Below are positions 24,819-38,697 of a stretch of DNA of 64,000 nt, one piece after another (position 1 is the stretch's first letter; each line of letters begins with the position of its first letter). Where the stretch lies: NCBI GenBank assembly GCA_023231475.1, contig JALJEE010000208.1, positions 1 through 64,000 on the forward strand, read 5' to 3'. The stretch comes from Seison nebaliae (taxonomy: Eukaryota). Made by a program: the position numbers and the translations under genes. The notes below the pieces were generated by a model, which searched no databases, was not told where the DNA came from, and saw only the letters and a program-made list of their open reading frames with translations.

Positions 24819-25710
24819 TTGTTTATTCAGTTCTCTAATTTTTCTCATTATTATCCAGATCCCTATCAGAATGGACGTATCAACAGTAAATCTCGATTAC
24901 TTACAGCTGGAAAGCGTTCGATGCGATGTATATCTCACGACGATTGGATCCAACACAAAAATCGTCTACGTCAATTGAGTATAATTCGGAAGAATAAGGA
25001 AGAGAAAGCACAAATGATACGCGAAGGTTCTGATTTCAATCTATCAAATTTGTTTCATTTCGGGAGAAAACTTTAAAAAAAAATCATTTTACAATTTTTT
25101 CTTCCAACACTTCGATTAGTCGACAAATTATCTTATCACAATATTTGTAGGAGAGTATTTTAAGAAGAGAGAATTCAATTAAATTGTTTAGTTTCTAAAC
25201 AAAAATTTTATGATAAATATTCTTAAATTAATTATCATCATGATCAATTAAGAGGATGATGTTTAGAAAAAAATTAATTATTTGTTTATCTTCATAATAA
25301 ACCATTGCTAATTGGATACGACGGATTTAGATGCGCGAAATGTCAATCATACGTCTCTCAACAAGTTCCAACCCTCCGTTACCCACAATCAGGAATTCGA
25401 CATCATTCATGGCGAAAAGAATATTCAGTTAACCTTTCTCTAATTCTTCACATTGTTTGATTGAGAAAAATTAGGAGTGAAATATCGAAACCGGAAAACA
25501 AGAAACAAAGTTGGAATTTAATTGTTTGAAAAAGAATTTCATAAAAATTTATTTGATATGAAAATATTTGTTGAAAAATTGATTGAAGCAGATCGGCGAA
25601 AAGAGAAGGACTCGAATAAATTATCTCCCTCAAATACAAAGAATGAGAGTTACGATGGATGGATCTCAACTCGGAACGAATTTATGATGAAACATCAATT
25701 GGAACTTTAA
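24819..25710 (+). CDS. Possible small multi-exon coiled-coil protein (boundaries unresolved)
   Basis: Charged helical ORF pieces (SHDDWIQHKNRLRQL; ESYDGWISTRNEFM) separated by GTT...AG intron-like segments. Confidence 0.35.
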
Positions 25711-26481
25711 GATGATTTAAATAAATTATTATATTCATTTCGAAATAAATGAGTTAACGCCGTTTGCGTCGAATACCACGCACTGAGTTGTTGATAATAG
25801 TTTAACGATATTTCGTCATTCGTCAATGAGAGAGATGATGAGGATGACGATGATGACGATGATGACGATGAAGACAAAGAAGATAATGATGATGATGAAT
25901 TAGTTGCTGTAGTTGTCGTTGTTGTTGTAGTTGTTGTCGTTATAGTTTTTGGAATTTTTTCAATTTTATTTGGAGATTCAGATGAATCGATTTGATCATT
26001 ATCAGATTTGAATGATTGAATTTTTATCGATTTGTATTCACACTTTTGTGTTTCATCAAATTTCCTTTTTCTAATTTCATGATTCTCTTCGTCTCCGTCA
26101 TTCCAAAGAGCTCCCTCCATTCTCCAGATGGAGAATGCATAATTTAATGGTTCCTTGGAATCCAATTCATCTGCTCCCAAAGAATTAACGAGATTTGGTG
26201 GAGTAGTTTTGTATAATAGCTCACCATCCGATTCCAATACTAGATGCAGGAATTCGATATATCTAATAGTATTTAATCAATTTCAAAATGAAATTTAAAA
26301 TTCGAAATTTCAAAAGAAGAAAAAGAAACCTGGAGGCTAATCGTAGAGTTTGTATTTTACTCAATTTGTCGGAGGGAAGTGTCGGAATAATCTTTCTCAA
26401 TTGAGAGAATGCACCATTTAACGATTGAGTTCTTTGTCGTTCTCGAACGTTCGCCACACACCGAGTCTCACCAGTAAACAT
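25707..26481 (-). CDS. twist: Twist bHLH transcription factor; intron 26263-26329
   Basis: [47 protein letters not shown], plus the Twist-specific WR motif [12 protein letters not shown]. Confidence 0.95.
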
Positions 26482-27383
26482 GATTTTTGGGGAATCTATT
26501 TTTCCTTACTTCCAAATCGGATGAAGTACAAAACTGATGAAGAATAAATGAGGAATAAATGAAGAATAAATGAAGAATAAGTGCTCCTCCTCCTCCTTCT
26601 GTCGAACACGAGTGATAAGTGTGAGAGAAAGGAATTATGGGAAATTTTTGGGGGAGATTGCGGATGAGAAAGAAGACGAAGAAAAACAAAAGAATTTAGT
26701 TGAATCTAATGGATGTCTGTGAAACAGAATTGATTCGAATAAATTTGAAAATGGAAGAAACTGTAAATTAATTGCTCCATAATCGAAATATAAGTTAAGT
26801 GACTAAACAAATAGATATGATGAAGGAAATATGTTGGACGATCGGATCATTAGATCAGACAGATGAATCCATGTCAACAAAACTTTTATTAACATCATCA
26901 TAATACAATAAAAGATGAATGGAATTTTCGGTCCGAATTGCCAATCATCAGTTGGAGATCCGTCAAAACAAAAGAAAAAGTAAGTTCGGTGGATGATGAA
27001 GAGAAATTTCTTCATCCAATTCTCAATCAATCGAAACAATTTCCCATTTTGATAAGCGAATGAAATTTATTGGCAGATCAGTAACAAACCGAGTTCTTCC
27101 ATTCCGATTGTTGATGAATAAAAATATGGAATTTAATAAACGATTATTTCCAGATGTTTTCATAAACAAGTTTCCATTCACCCAATTCGCCTCATCTCAA
27201 TTATTTATCATAAAATGAGTCTCCAATTACTACGATTACAATAAAAGGAAAAGAAGAAATAACGGAAGAAGTTGTTGAAGACGAATAATTTATATTTATT
27301 ATTTATAAACTCCTTTAAGCGCAAAAAAGAAAAAAGTTGGATAATGAAAATTTTCGATAACGTCGACGATCATCATAGAAAAT

Positions 27384-28688
27384 TCATAAACGAGATCGTT
27401 TCTTTGGTAATGGTAATAGATTGACTTCGTCGGCGATCACTTTGACTTCTTCATCTCTCAATTGGATATGTTCCACTAATTTCTTCGATTTATCATCCAA
27501 TCTCTTACAGTCATCGATCGGCATACTCGATACGTTGTACATTCCATTCTTCTTCTGTTGTGCTTGTAATTTCTTGTACCATTCGGGTGTAACCTTTCCA
27601 TTTCGTTCGTCTTCTTCTTGAAACTCATTATTCCAATTGTTCAGCGTTTCTTCCACCGTCTTCAATTTTGCGTCATTCTGCTGATCATTGTCGATAATTC
27701 TGATACTAATCTCATCGGGATCTTGTTCACTATTTCTCACTTTCTTCTTCATCTTTTTCATTTTCCGTTTCTCTCCTCTCAATTCAGTTCGAATCGGATC
27801 CAAAATATTCTCATCTTCACTTTGATGTAATGTCTCTGGCGGTATGTTCACCAATTTCTCTACTTCCATTGAATCATTTACTTCAAACTTCTCAGTATCT
27901 TCAGATGCTAATTCGATTTTCCTGAAATATCGATGCATTTCCTCCTCATCCAAATCTTTCTTGGCATCCAACTGAATTTGATCATTTGTAGGCCAAGTAG
28001 GAATTTCGGTAAAGATAGCTGATGATTCCATCGAATCTGATGTAGATAATTCACTAGTCATCGTTGTCGTCGTTACTGATGGATAAGATGATGAAGGTAA
28101 ATCATGTAATCTAGAATATTCTCTCATCTTTCTATAAGTTGGGGACGGTCCGATATTCTCAGCAAAATTCTCGACTCTCTCCAATTTCTTCTGCCATTTA
28201 CCTCGAACACGACCACGATTCCCTTTATAAGGTATCGTCTTGACAGATTTGAGAGATGGCATACTGTCTGATGGCACTCCATACGCCATACAAGTGTTAC
28301 GGAGACGGAATTTATTATCGGAAGAAAATTGGAATTCAAAATATTTCAACGAATCGTCATCGGCCTGATTATCTTCTTTTTTGAAGTAATGTGATTTGAT
28401 GGGAGGGAAATTGGTTGGAGACGAGGGACGTTTCTTCTTTCGAATTTTTCTTCTCATTTCACCATTCGTTAAGAGGAGACCTGATTGATGATCATCTCCG
28501 TTTAACTTCAAATATTTCTCATAATTCTGTGTGATGAAAATAGATCTTCCATTAATGATACCATATCGATTCGTTTCCATTTTACAATTATTAAACAAAA
28601 ACGAGAGAGTTAAATGACGAAGAAAAAATTTGTTGAAAGAGAAATTTGAAAAATTATTAGAAAACTTAAGAAGATTCTTTAATTTCAT
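27384..28688 (-). CDS. Hypothetical charged, low-complexity protein
   Basis: 434-codon ORF with no recognised domain. Confidence 0.6.
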   Translation of the reverse strand: MKLKNLLKFSNNFSNFSFNKFFLRHLTLSFLFNNCKMETNRYGIINGRSIFITQNYEKYLKLNGDDHQSGLLLTNGEMRRKIRKKKRPSSPTNFPPIKSHYFKKEDNQADDDSLKYFEFQFSSDNKFRLRNTCMAYGVPSDSMPSLKSVKTIPYKGNRGRVRGKWQKKLERVENFAENIGPSPTYRKMREYSRLHDLPSSSYPSVTTTTMTSELSTSDSMESSAIFTEIPTWPTNDQIQLDAKKDLDEEEMHRYFRKIELASEDTEKFEVNDSMEVEKLVNIPPETLHQSEDENILDPIRTELRGEKRKMKKMKKKVRNSEQDPDEISIRIIDNDQQNDAKLKTVEETLNNWNNEFQEEDERNGKVTPEWYKKLQAQQKKNGMYNVSSMPIDDCKRLDDKSKKLVEHIQLRDEEVKVIADEVNLLPLPKKRSRL

Positions 28689-29361
28689 TACTTTATTATT
28701 ATTTCTTATTAGACTCTCAACGAAATTTTATTAGAAGATATTCTTGAACAATTTTAATATCAATCTCTCAAATTCCTTATGAATTTCCTTTCAATCTTCT
28801 TATTCGATTTCTTATTAGAAATATAAATTTTTTCTCATATAAACAAAAAATTTTAGCGACATTTTTTATCCAGAATAAAAATGAAGAAAGATTCACTTAT
28901 TTACCGGTATTATGATATTATTATAAATGGAAAAGAAATAAATATATGAAGATGTATGAATTAACAGAAATCGAGTTCGAATAAATATGTTGTCATTTGT
29001 TCTAGTCACGAGGAATTGATTTGACGAGAGAAGAAAATAAAATATACGTAAGAAAGAAAACGGAAATGAAATTTGTTTGCAGAAATGATTATCAATTGGG
29101 TAGAAGAAAAATATTAATTCGTAAATTCATTATTGAAGATTTTGTAGAGAACGAGCAAACTAGTTGGAATTGTTGGGCATTGTTCTGGAGAAAATGGGAA
29201 GAAATTGTTTCTTTCGTTGTCAGGACAACATGCAGAAAAATAGAAATTAAATAATTTGATTCTCTTCCTTTATTGTTATTGGCATGCGAGATTGATGATA
29301 TAGAGTTTGAGCAATAATTCTTACAGTGTTACATCGACTGAAAATGAAAATAGAGAAAGTT

Positions 29362-30348
29362 TTAATGAACAATTGCTTCGTCGTCCGGAAGTTTCGTCGT
29401 CACCAAATTGCTTCTGTTATCCATGATCGTTTTCTTCGAGCTATTATTCGAAATGGCTGATGTTGTATTATTCGTGGTAGGTGGATTAGTAGTCGTTTCG
29501 AATTCGCCTTTGACGAACTTTATGAAATGTACCGTTTCTCGAATGATGCATGGAAGAATAATTTCGATATTAGTCGATTTCTTTGAGGAAGAAAGAAGAT
29601 AATCTTTACGACGACTTAAATGAAAAGCAACCGTATCTATAGCTTTAATGAGAGCAAAGAATACAGCTGATCTAATCCGTTTCATCTCCGTATATTCGAT
29701 ATTAGTCTGTTCTTGATGTTGTGACAATTCGTCCAACTCCTTATCAAATCCAATAATGAGTGATTTGATATAAGTGAACGATTCTTGAGTCAATGCAACA
29801 GAAATACGAGAGTTCTCGTCAGATATCTTATTAGTTACATGATTAGCTTGTGGTATCGTCTCTTGAATGAATCGAGGAATCGATCCTGATCCAAAATATG
29901 CTTCATACACCAACGCCTGTTTAGTAAGACTTTTCAAACTAGCTCGCGACAAAATTTGACGAATGATGTCAAGGAGAGAGACCGAGATCTTATCATTCAA
30001 CATGTCCGCCTGATACGATTTAGTAACATATTTCAGAATAGTATAACTGCATTGAAATAAGATGTCCACATTCCTAATTATACTCAAATCCAAAAAATGT
30101 TTATGATCCAACAAATCCTTCGGGAAATGATACGGTAAATTTTCAAATTTCTTCTCTTTCACCAATTCGCAAATATCCTTTAATTCTTCCATTTTATATA
30201 CGTACGTCTTCGAGTCAACGGTGGACGTTACATCATCTCCATTTGTATCTACCTCCGCCCTCTCTACTTGCTCAATCTCAACTGTCTGTCCAACTGCTTT
30301 CAATTGCTCATTATTTGCCATAGTTTCGATTTGTCGAACGTCAATCAT
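29362..30348 (-). CDS. Hypothetical predominantly helical protein
   Basis: 328-codon intronless ORF with normal globular composition and no recognised domain. Confidence 0.65.
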   Translation of the reverse strand: MIDVRQIETMANNEQLKAVGQTVEIEQVERAEVDTNGDDVTSTVDSKTYVYKMEELKDICELVKEKKFENLPYHFPKDLLDHKHFLDLSIIRNVDILFQCSYTILKYVTKSYQADMLNDKISVSLLDIIRQILSRASLKSLTKQALVYEAYFGSGSIPRFIQETIPQANHVTNKISDENSRISVALTQESFTYIKSLIIGFDKELDELSQHQEQTNIEYTEMKRIRSAVFFALIKAIDTVAFHLSRRKDYLLSSSKKSTNIEIILPCIIRETVHFIKFVKGEFETTTNPPTTNNTTSAISNNSSKKTIMDNRSNLVTTKLPDDEAIVH

Positions 30349-31634
30349 TTTTTTTTTGTGCGCGAAAGTAAAAATTTGTAAAGATTTATTGTGAGAATTA
30401 ATTTATTGTAAATTCAACGTTAGTATTTATTTTTTTGATTTATTTTTTGAAAGATGGATGGCAACCGCTTTATACACGTAAACATTTCTTTTATTACACG
30501 TCGAAATCATGCTAAATCTTTCGTGTACAAAGCTGGGAAAAAAGCTATTGGAGACGTTGATAAATCAATGTTTTTGTCATGTGAAAAATCTACTTTGTAA
30601 TCTCTTTTAGAAACAGAAAAATTTTTCCAAATAAAAGCTCACCATTATTAAACTTCGAGAAAATTTGAAAAGCCTATTTAAAACTATAAAATCTTTTTAA
30701 GTAATTTAATTTAATAAAAATTCTACACATCTCGATGGTTACCGTACGGTCGTGGATGAATTCAGTCAATTAACTTCACAACAGATCGGGCTTCATTTTG
30801 TCGTTCTGAATCAAATTTCTGAATCAATTTTTTTGACATTTTACAGTTTGTCATCCGAAAATCAGAGATGAAAATACGTTAATACAACAATTAAAAACAA
30901 AAATCTATTTATTGATATTTATTAGAGATATAATTATAGAATAAGCTTACTATGTTATTTATTGAACATGAAGCGGATATGTTAAATATAACTCCAAGAA
31001 ATTTTGACATTGAAAAAAATAACTCAAAAAAAAACCATAAATAGTTAATTCTTCTTATTTAAAGACAAGATATGTTATTTTGCAAAATGAGAAAATTGTA
31101 GTCTAAGGACAAGCCAAAATTTTAAGTTTTGCAGAAAATTAATTTTCACCATTTGACTTGGAAACATTAATAATTCTAGTGAAGAATTGAGAGAGATGGA
31201 TTTATACGTAACATGGAAGAATGAAATGAAATATTGGGCTGAACTTTTGAAAGTCTAATAAAAAAAATTGAAAAAAATTTCTCTTCATTCTTATGACGAG
31301 ATAAGTGATCATCTCGTGATAATTTTCTTGGTTGATCTTTTCAATTTACAAACAACAATAACTCTAAGAATTTGAATCAGAGTTTTTTAGTATCAGCTAC
31401 TTCTCGATTCGTTACTCGCGTAATGGAATGATGTAATTCGTTTATTTGGATTGGATTGTGAGAATTGAGAAAGATGAAAATGAAGATAACATGTCAAGTA
31501 TTAGTGATTAAAGATTTTTGTAAAATTGCCCATAAATTTTATAGTTGATTACGAATAACTTGGAAATTATATTTTTTTTCATTATGAAATTATTTGTCTT
31601 ATTTCAGAATTGATTGTTTCTTCTAGTTTGAATC

Positions 31635-33299
31635 ATGTCGAAGATCGCAAAAAGTTTCTTACGACCTTCTCTAATGAAGAGCGTGTCGAAAGGTAATAAT
31701 CGAGTATTGCCGATGTTGCTCTTACAACAACAAGCGAAGAATTTCTCAATTAGCAATTCGGTAAAAATGGCGGCTGCCGCACCAGAAGTCAGTAAAATTC
31801 TTGAAGAGAAAATAATGGGTCAAAGTATGAAGCAAAATTTGGATGAGACGGGTCGTGTCCTCAGTATCGGTGACGGTATTGCTCGTGTTTATGGTTTGAA
31901 AAATATTCAAGCAGAAGAGATGGTGGAATTCAGTAGTGGATTGAAAGGAATGGCATTGAATTTGGAACCGGACAATGTTGGTGTTGTCGTCTTCGGAAAT
32001 GACAAATTGATTCGAGAAGGTGATGTGGTAAAACGAACAGGTGCGATTGTCGATGTACCGATTGGTGAAGAATTATTGGGACGTGTCGTTGACGCTTTAG
32101 GTAATCCGATTGATGGTAAAGGACCATTAAATTCGAAAGTGAGAGCTCGTGTAGGAGTGAAAGCACCAGGTATCATTCCGAGAACGAGTGTAAAAGAGCC
32201 TATGCAAACAGGAATTAAAGCTGTCGATTCATTAGTACCAATTGGTCGAGGACAACGTGAATTGATTATTGGTGATCGTCAATCAGGAAAAACTGCCATT
32301 GCTATTGATACGATTATTAATCAAGCGAGATTTAATGATGGAAATGATGAAAAGAAGAAACTTTATTGTATTTATGTCGCCATCGGACAAAAGAGATCAA
32401 CCGTTGCACAATTAGTGAAACGATTAACAGATGCTGATGCAATGAAATATACAATCGTTGTTTCAGCTACAGCTTCTGATGCTGCTCCACTTCAATATTT
32501 ATCTCCTTATTCAGCTTGTGCAATGGGCGAATATTTCCGGGATAATGGTAAACATGCTTTGATAATTTATGATGATTTATCAAAACAAGCTGTTGCTTAT
32601 CGTCAAATGTCATTGCTATTACGTCGTCCTCCTGGTCGTGAGGCATATCCTGGTGATGTATTTTATTTGCATTCACGATTATTAGAACGTGCAGCTAAAA
32701 TGAGTGAAGCACATGGTGGAGGAAGTCTAACTGCTCTACCAGTTATCGAAACACAAGCTGGAGATGTATCGGCTTATATTCCAACCAATGTCATTTCCAT
32801 CACTGATGGTCAAATTTTTTTGGAAACTGAACTCTTCCATAAAGGTATTCGACCAGCTATCAATGTCGGTCTGTCTGTATCACGTGTCGGTTCAGCTGCA
32901 CAAACGAAAGCCATGAAACAAGTGGCCGGTTCAATGAAATTGGAATTAGCCCAATATCGTGAAGTGGCTGCATTTGCACAATTCGGCTCCGATTTAGATG
33001 ACGCAACACAACAATTGTTAAATCGTGGTGTGAGATTGACGGAATTGTTGAAACAAGGTCAATATGTCCCAATGGGAATTGAGGAACAAGTGGGAGTGAT
33101 TTATGCTGGTGTACGAGGTCATTTAGATAAGATAAATCCGAAAAATGTTACGAAATTCGAGAAGGCTTTCTTGGCACATCTCCGAACGACCCAACAAGAT
33201 CTCTTGCAAAGTATTAAGAAGCAAGGTGAAATCTCGAAAGAAGATGACGAAAAATTGAAGAAAGTTGTTATTGATTTCATTGCTGGCTTCGAAGAATAG
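31635..33299 (+). CDS. ATP5F1A: Mitochondrial ATP synthase F1 subunit alpha precursor; intronless CDS
   Basis: Mitochondrial presequence, then [23 protein letters not shown] and [24 protein letters not shown]. Confidence 0.99.
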   Translation: MSKIAKSFLRPSLMKSVSKGNNRVLPMLLLQQQAKNFSISNSVKMAAAAPEVSKILEEKIMGQSMKQNLDETGRVLSIGDGIARVYGLKNIQAEEMVEFSSGLKGMALNLEPDNVGVVVFGNDKLIREGDVVKRTGAIVDVPIGEELLGRVVDALGNPIDGKGPLNSKVRARVGVKAPGIIPRTSVKEPMQTGIKAVDSLVPIGRGQRELIIGDRQSGKTAIAIDTIINQARFNDGNDEKKKLYCIYVAIGQKRSTVAQLVKRLTDADAMKYTIVVSATASDAAPLQYLSPYSACAMGEYFRDNGKHALIIYDDLSKQAVAYRQMSLLLRRPPGREAYPGDVFYLHSRLLERAAKMSEAHGGGSLTALPVIETQAGDVSAYIPTNVISITDGQIFLETELFHKGIRPAINVGLSVSRVGSAAQTKAMKQVAGSMKLELAQYREVAAFAQFGSDLDDATQQLLNRGVRLTELLKQGQYVPMGIEEQVGVIYAGVRGHLDKINPKNVTKFEKAFLAHLRTTQQDLLQSIKKQGEISKEDDEKLKKVVIDFIAGFEE

Positions 33300-33596
33300 A
33301 TGAAATTTCATTAAAAAATAATTTATGAATTTATCACAAACCGAAAATATTATTATTGATGTTTGAAGATGTTAGAATAAAAACTTTTCGATTATTTCCT
33401 CTTTTATATCAAGCTCTCTTCATCAATTAACAGATCGATAAATTTTATTTTTGTTATCTTATTAATTAATTTAATGGTTAAGTGGAGAGTATATTTAAAT
33501 TAATTGTTTAAAGAGAAAAAAGAAGGGAAAATTTAAAATTTCATTATATTTTACTGTTCATTATATAAAAATTAATAGATAATATGGTTCTTTTTT

Positions 33597-35068
33597 TTAA
33601 GATGTAAATTGATAAGATTGATGATAATTTCCACCATCCGAATATAACATTCCATCATATGACATTGGAGTTGGATTCATCCAATTATTATTATTCATCA
33701 TTCCATTCTGATTTTGTTGTGATTGGAATTGTAACATTTGTTGTTGTTGTAATTGTTGGTTATTGTTGTTATTATTATTATTATTATTATTCAATTGATC
33801 ATTACTATTATGATGATGAGAGAATTGTTGGAGTGATATGGAAGAAGAATTGTGTTTCATTTCATTTCCAAACATCATCGAAATTTCGTTACAAGAATCA
33901 GTTGATGATAAATTATTCTGATACATATCCAGACAATTGTCGGGCATTGATAACGAATTCATAACATTCATATTCTGATGATTGGTTGGTGAGGAATTGG
34001 AGGAACTGTGATTGATTGGAACAGTAATCGGTTCACTTTTCAATTCTCTTAACGATCCCTCCATTCCCAATATCGTCGATGATGGCATTGATGATGATTG
34101 TTGTTGTTGTTGTTGTTGCTGTGATTGATTATGACAATTTGAGTCATACATCGGAATATTTAATGTTGTTTGAACGCTTTGTATTAGTTTGCTACTTCTC
34201 ATTCCATCGAATGGAATTTTCGAACATTTCATTATTGCTTCGTGACTCTATAACAAAAATATAATTTTAGAATGACCAAATGAAAGAGATGAAATAATTG
34301 AATAACTTCAATAATTACTCGGAATTCGTTCAAATAATTTCTTAGGAGAATATTCTCCTTTTCCACTTTCGCCATATTCGATTGTTCTTCTTGTACTTTC
34401 CTAATATATTCGACTGCCGATTTCAAAATGGAACCTTTATTCGGTTTAGCATCGCTGAAATGACAAGTGTCAAATGTCATCAATACGATATGTATAATAC
34501 AAATATTAACCGTTCATATTCCGGAAGTAATTTCCTGATATCTTCTATTCGATCATTGATTTGTATTCTTCTTTTCTTTTCAACTGAATCATAAAAGTGG
34601 AAATGACAATGAATAGATATAAAATTAACTTTCATTATGTGATTGTTTTCTCGCTAATTCGCGAGTTAACATATTCCTTTCGCCATCCTCCAGTTTCTTA
34701 CCATCTATTTGTTTCTTTACAATTCGATTGACACATCGATTGACATTCACCGTATCGCTCGACGATAGACGTGAAGGCTCTCCAAAATAATCGTTACATT
34801 CACTACTCGGATAATGCAATCCGTCGTCATATCGACAAGAATTGGAACGGATCGTTCTCACCGTCATATCTGAATGCCGTTTCCTTCGATTGAGGACAAA
34901 GTCTTCTTCGAACCTCTTCACCAACGGAGATAAAGGAGTCGTCTATTCCGATTAGAGGGAGAGAATTAGCGTTTCCTTCAAATTCAAATTAACTGGTAGA
35001 CTGTTGGATGTTGTGGTGATGTTAGTCCGAATCGTTTCTATAGGTGAACGAATAAGTTGAACATCATT
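33597..35068 (-). CDS. MITF: MiT/TFE-family bHLH-leucine zipper transcription factor; introns 34943-34993, 34584-34629, 34455-34510, 34248-34306; 5' exon(s) not located
   Basis: Spliced bHLH reads RKQSHNEIEKKRRIQINDRIEDIRKLLPEYERDAKPNKGSILKSAVEYIRKVQEEQ, followed by a zipper and a Q/N-rich tail. Confidence 0.8.
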
Positions 35069-37272
35069 CTGAAAGAGCGAAAGTAATTTAATGGAAAGTA
35101 GTTCTTACAAAATCCTCAGAAGGAAAAAATATCGATTCCTCAACAAATAATTATCAAAAAAATAAAATGTATCGAGTGAAATGTGAGAAAGGAGAATCAA
35201 ATCGATTTGTATTGTTTACATAATTGGGAAGGCAAGATATCTATAGAAATACAAGTAGTCTCTGAAGTATGGGAGTGTTGACGAAGATAAATGAAATTGT
35301 CATAATTTTGAGACAAACGATTATTTCCGTTTGAAACTGAACGACAATAATTTCTCGGAGTTGAGCGGAAGCAAAAGAGAAAGGAATTGGAGTAAGGAAA
35401 TTGAAAGATGTTCTCATTCCAATATATTCTGTTACGGAACTTATGGATGATACTTCAAGATTCTCCTAACAAAAACTTGACTTTCTCACAATTGACCATG
35501 AATCTTATGATGAATATTCATTATCAATCGTCTTCAACGAACACAAATTTACATTTTAAATTAGAAAATTGGACAAGAAATTAGTGGAGGTGGATCCGAG
35601 ATATTATTAAGTTTATTCTCCGAGAAGGAAGAGAAGTAAATGATAGAAAATTAGAATGAAATATTTAGTTGTTTGATAGATTGTCCTCTTGAAGATGGTT
35701 GTTGAGGCAGATGAGCACTACATCTCCCATATTTGTCGAAGAGCTTACAATGATGCGGTATCATGTTGATCTATATTTACATTACTTCTGACAACGACAT
35801 CACTCGCCGAAAACAATAGCAATCGTTTTCTTTTTTAATAAGAATATTAAGGAAGAGCAAAACATTTGCTACTTATCGCCAATTAGAATGGAGCAGTTTG
35901 ATATTCACAGAACTCATTTCTATTCCTCCTTCCAATCTTTGCAGATACTTCAGACTGAATTTGTGAACAGGAGAAAGGTGAAACTTGTCGATAAACATAA
36001 AGATAAGAATGGAATAAAATGTCAAATAACTCCCGTTGTTTTCTCAAAAAAAAAGAGAATCCTCTTTAGAAGAATTCTTTCATAAAATTTCCTTTCAACT
36101 TCCACCTAATAATCTTTCAAAGATAATCTTTTACGAATAAAATTATCGATTGATTTTCCTCTTTTTGTTTTTTTTTTCATTTTTCAAAAAAAACTCTTTC
36201 CCAATTATCGATGTTAATTATATAATCTTTGCTCATCTGAGAAAGAAAGGAAGAATAACAATTATGAGTTGGAAGTACAAATAAAAGAAGGAAAATATTT
36301 GTGAACGATCAATCGATTATAATCATAATTGTATTGGAATAATGATAAACAAAAATCACATGATTCATCAAAACATCATTCATCCATTCTGAAAGTCGAA
36401 TGAATGGATGAGAGCACACACTTGCCTGAGAGAGAGAGAGAAGATGACGTAGCGGAAGAATGTCAATCTCACTTATTCATAAAGTGATTAATGGTTTCGA
36501 GGGAAGAATATTGCCGCCAATATTCTTCATTATGATTATGAGGTAGAAAGATAAAAATTATGATGAGAAACCGTTCCCTTCTTTCTTCAAGTCGCCACAT
36601 CAAAAAAATGTTGAAACAAAATTTTTTAAAGAAAATTTTCTTTTACTTCATCCCAATCGAACGTCTGTTCCATTTCAATTAATCGATATATCTCTTTGTG
36701 AAAACGATGAAAAGAAACGATCTTACGCATCACTTCAATTTCGATGTTAATTGGGAGATTGATATCTATTCTGAGAAACTTTCTGAAATACCTTCTCTTC
36801 CTCCACACCATACAAATGGAAGAAGAAGATCGTTCTCGACGAGAAGAAGCGAATTGAAATAAATTGTTAAATCATGTTCGAGCGACATCTTAATCAGAAT
36901 GAGAGTTTTGGCAGAAACATTTAGAAGTTAATAAAGTCGATAAGATTCCTCGATCAGATTGACGTCATTTTAATATTGATGACGCTCGATACATTGACGA
37001 GTGTAAACACAAGCGACAGACGCACACCATTTATTAAAAAAGAAGAAGAAGAAGGAAAATCTAATAGTAAGGAATAATTATAGTGGAATATATCGATATT
37101 GATGTTGATGAATAAACAGTGAATACAATTATCGATTCACATCGACATCATCACAATTTTCATTTCCAGTTATTGATTGATTATTCGATAGTCCTCTACG
37201 ACTACTCGATTCCTAAACGCACTACACGTTCTCTATTTTACTGTTCAACTTTCTTTTTATTAACTTTACCTC

Positions 37273-37308
<36 letters not shown>

Positions 37309-38523
37309 TCGTAAAATAATTCCTGTTCTCCTTAACCGTCTTTCATGAGAATGAGATAGAATAACAAAAACACAATTAATTATCATTCCAAATTTCTTTT
37401 TGTAGCAAGAAACGTTTTCTTTTAGTTTTGACTTGTGCTAAACGATTAGAGAGACTATTTCTCCCTCTCACGAAAAAATGAAGAAGTACTAACGGGAATA
37501 TCCATTTGATCAGATGGTGCCAGCGTCAAATATTAATCAAGTTAATTATCTCATTTAACTCGAAGAAAGGCAGTTGGATGACGATGATAATGACGATAAG
37601 AGATGTTTAATCGCTCAAGTTAAATCTATTTCTTTTTGTTTGTTTAATATGTCAACATGAAAACCTCTTTCCACTCACACAAGTCAACAATGGAGGAGGG
37701 GAAGATGAGGAAAGCAACGAATAATTTCAGGAGAAGGCTACTCACAATTGCTTTACTTTTGTATCTCTGTCAAAATGAGAATGACAACAGATTTATGAAA
37801 TGGATATTTAATTAGAAGCGAATAAATATGATGAGAACGATCCGAATAAACATGAACGGAATCGACTACCCAATGGAGACACTGTCGATTATCGTGTCGA
37901 TGAAAATTAAATTTTTAATAAATCCGTTTAATTCAAATTAAGACGACTACATTATAATTACCAGTTGTTTATTAACTGAAATTTATTATGTATTTATTCA
38001 TAAAACTACCAAGCTCTTGTCAGAAAAATAAGAAGAAAAACATCTTTCCTTGTCGTATTTGTAAGTTCGGATTTGACTAGCTAATTTTGTTGTATAAACA
38101 TGTTCTTTCGGCTCCGCCACAATCTAACCGTTACGAGCAGAGATTCCTATTGATTCTTCATTAAACTTCAAGTAAATATTTGTGTTCGTCTTCCCGACTA
38201 CTTATTGTTTATCATTGAAATACTATATTTCTACTCAAAAGTTCGAATAAAATTCAACTTTTTCTTCTGCCAACATAAAACAATGATAATTAGACGGATT
38301 CGCTCGTTCACTTCTCCGAAGTGCGACCGCTAATTAATTCAAGAAAACTTACTGTCTTGCCGTTGAAAGAATATTCATTTTGATTTGAATATTTTTTGAT
38401 TAAAAAAAATTTTTCTGAAATAAATTCTGAATTTTTGAATTATTCAACAACAACAGTGGTTGGAAGCAGTGGAAAGCAGTTGTCATTTGAATCAGGATTA
38501 TTCTCAAAATATTCCCAATCAAC

Positions 38524-38697
38524 ATGGGTATCACTTCAACGTTTTACCAAGCTTTCTGGAAACGGACATCGTTTTTTGGAGCAGCAATTATTGGCGGTGC
38601 CTTCTTCTTCGAACGAGGAATCGACTCGACAGCCGAATATATTTGGCGTCGAAATAATAAAGGCAAATTGTGGGACGATATCAAAGACACATTGTGA
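38524..38697 (+). CDS. UQCR10: Cytochrome bc1 complex subunit 9 (QCR9), 57 aa
   Basis: MGITSTFYQAFWKRTSFFGAAIIGGAFFFERGIDSTAEYIWRRNNKGKLWDDIKDTL*. Has the RTS, FER and NKGKLW..IK motifs. Below the ORF-track length cutoff. Confidence 0.92.
   Translation: MGITSTFYQAFWKRTSFFGAAIIGGAFFFERGIDSTAEYIWRRNNKGKLWDDIKDTL

Noticed and set aside
31907..33311. Antisense ORFs within ATP5F1A
   Set aside because: They are shadow ORFs of a conserved coding sequence with no independent signal.
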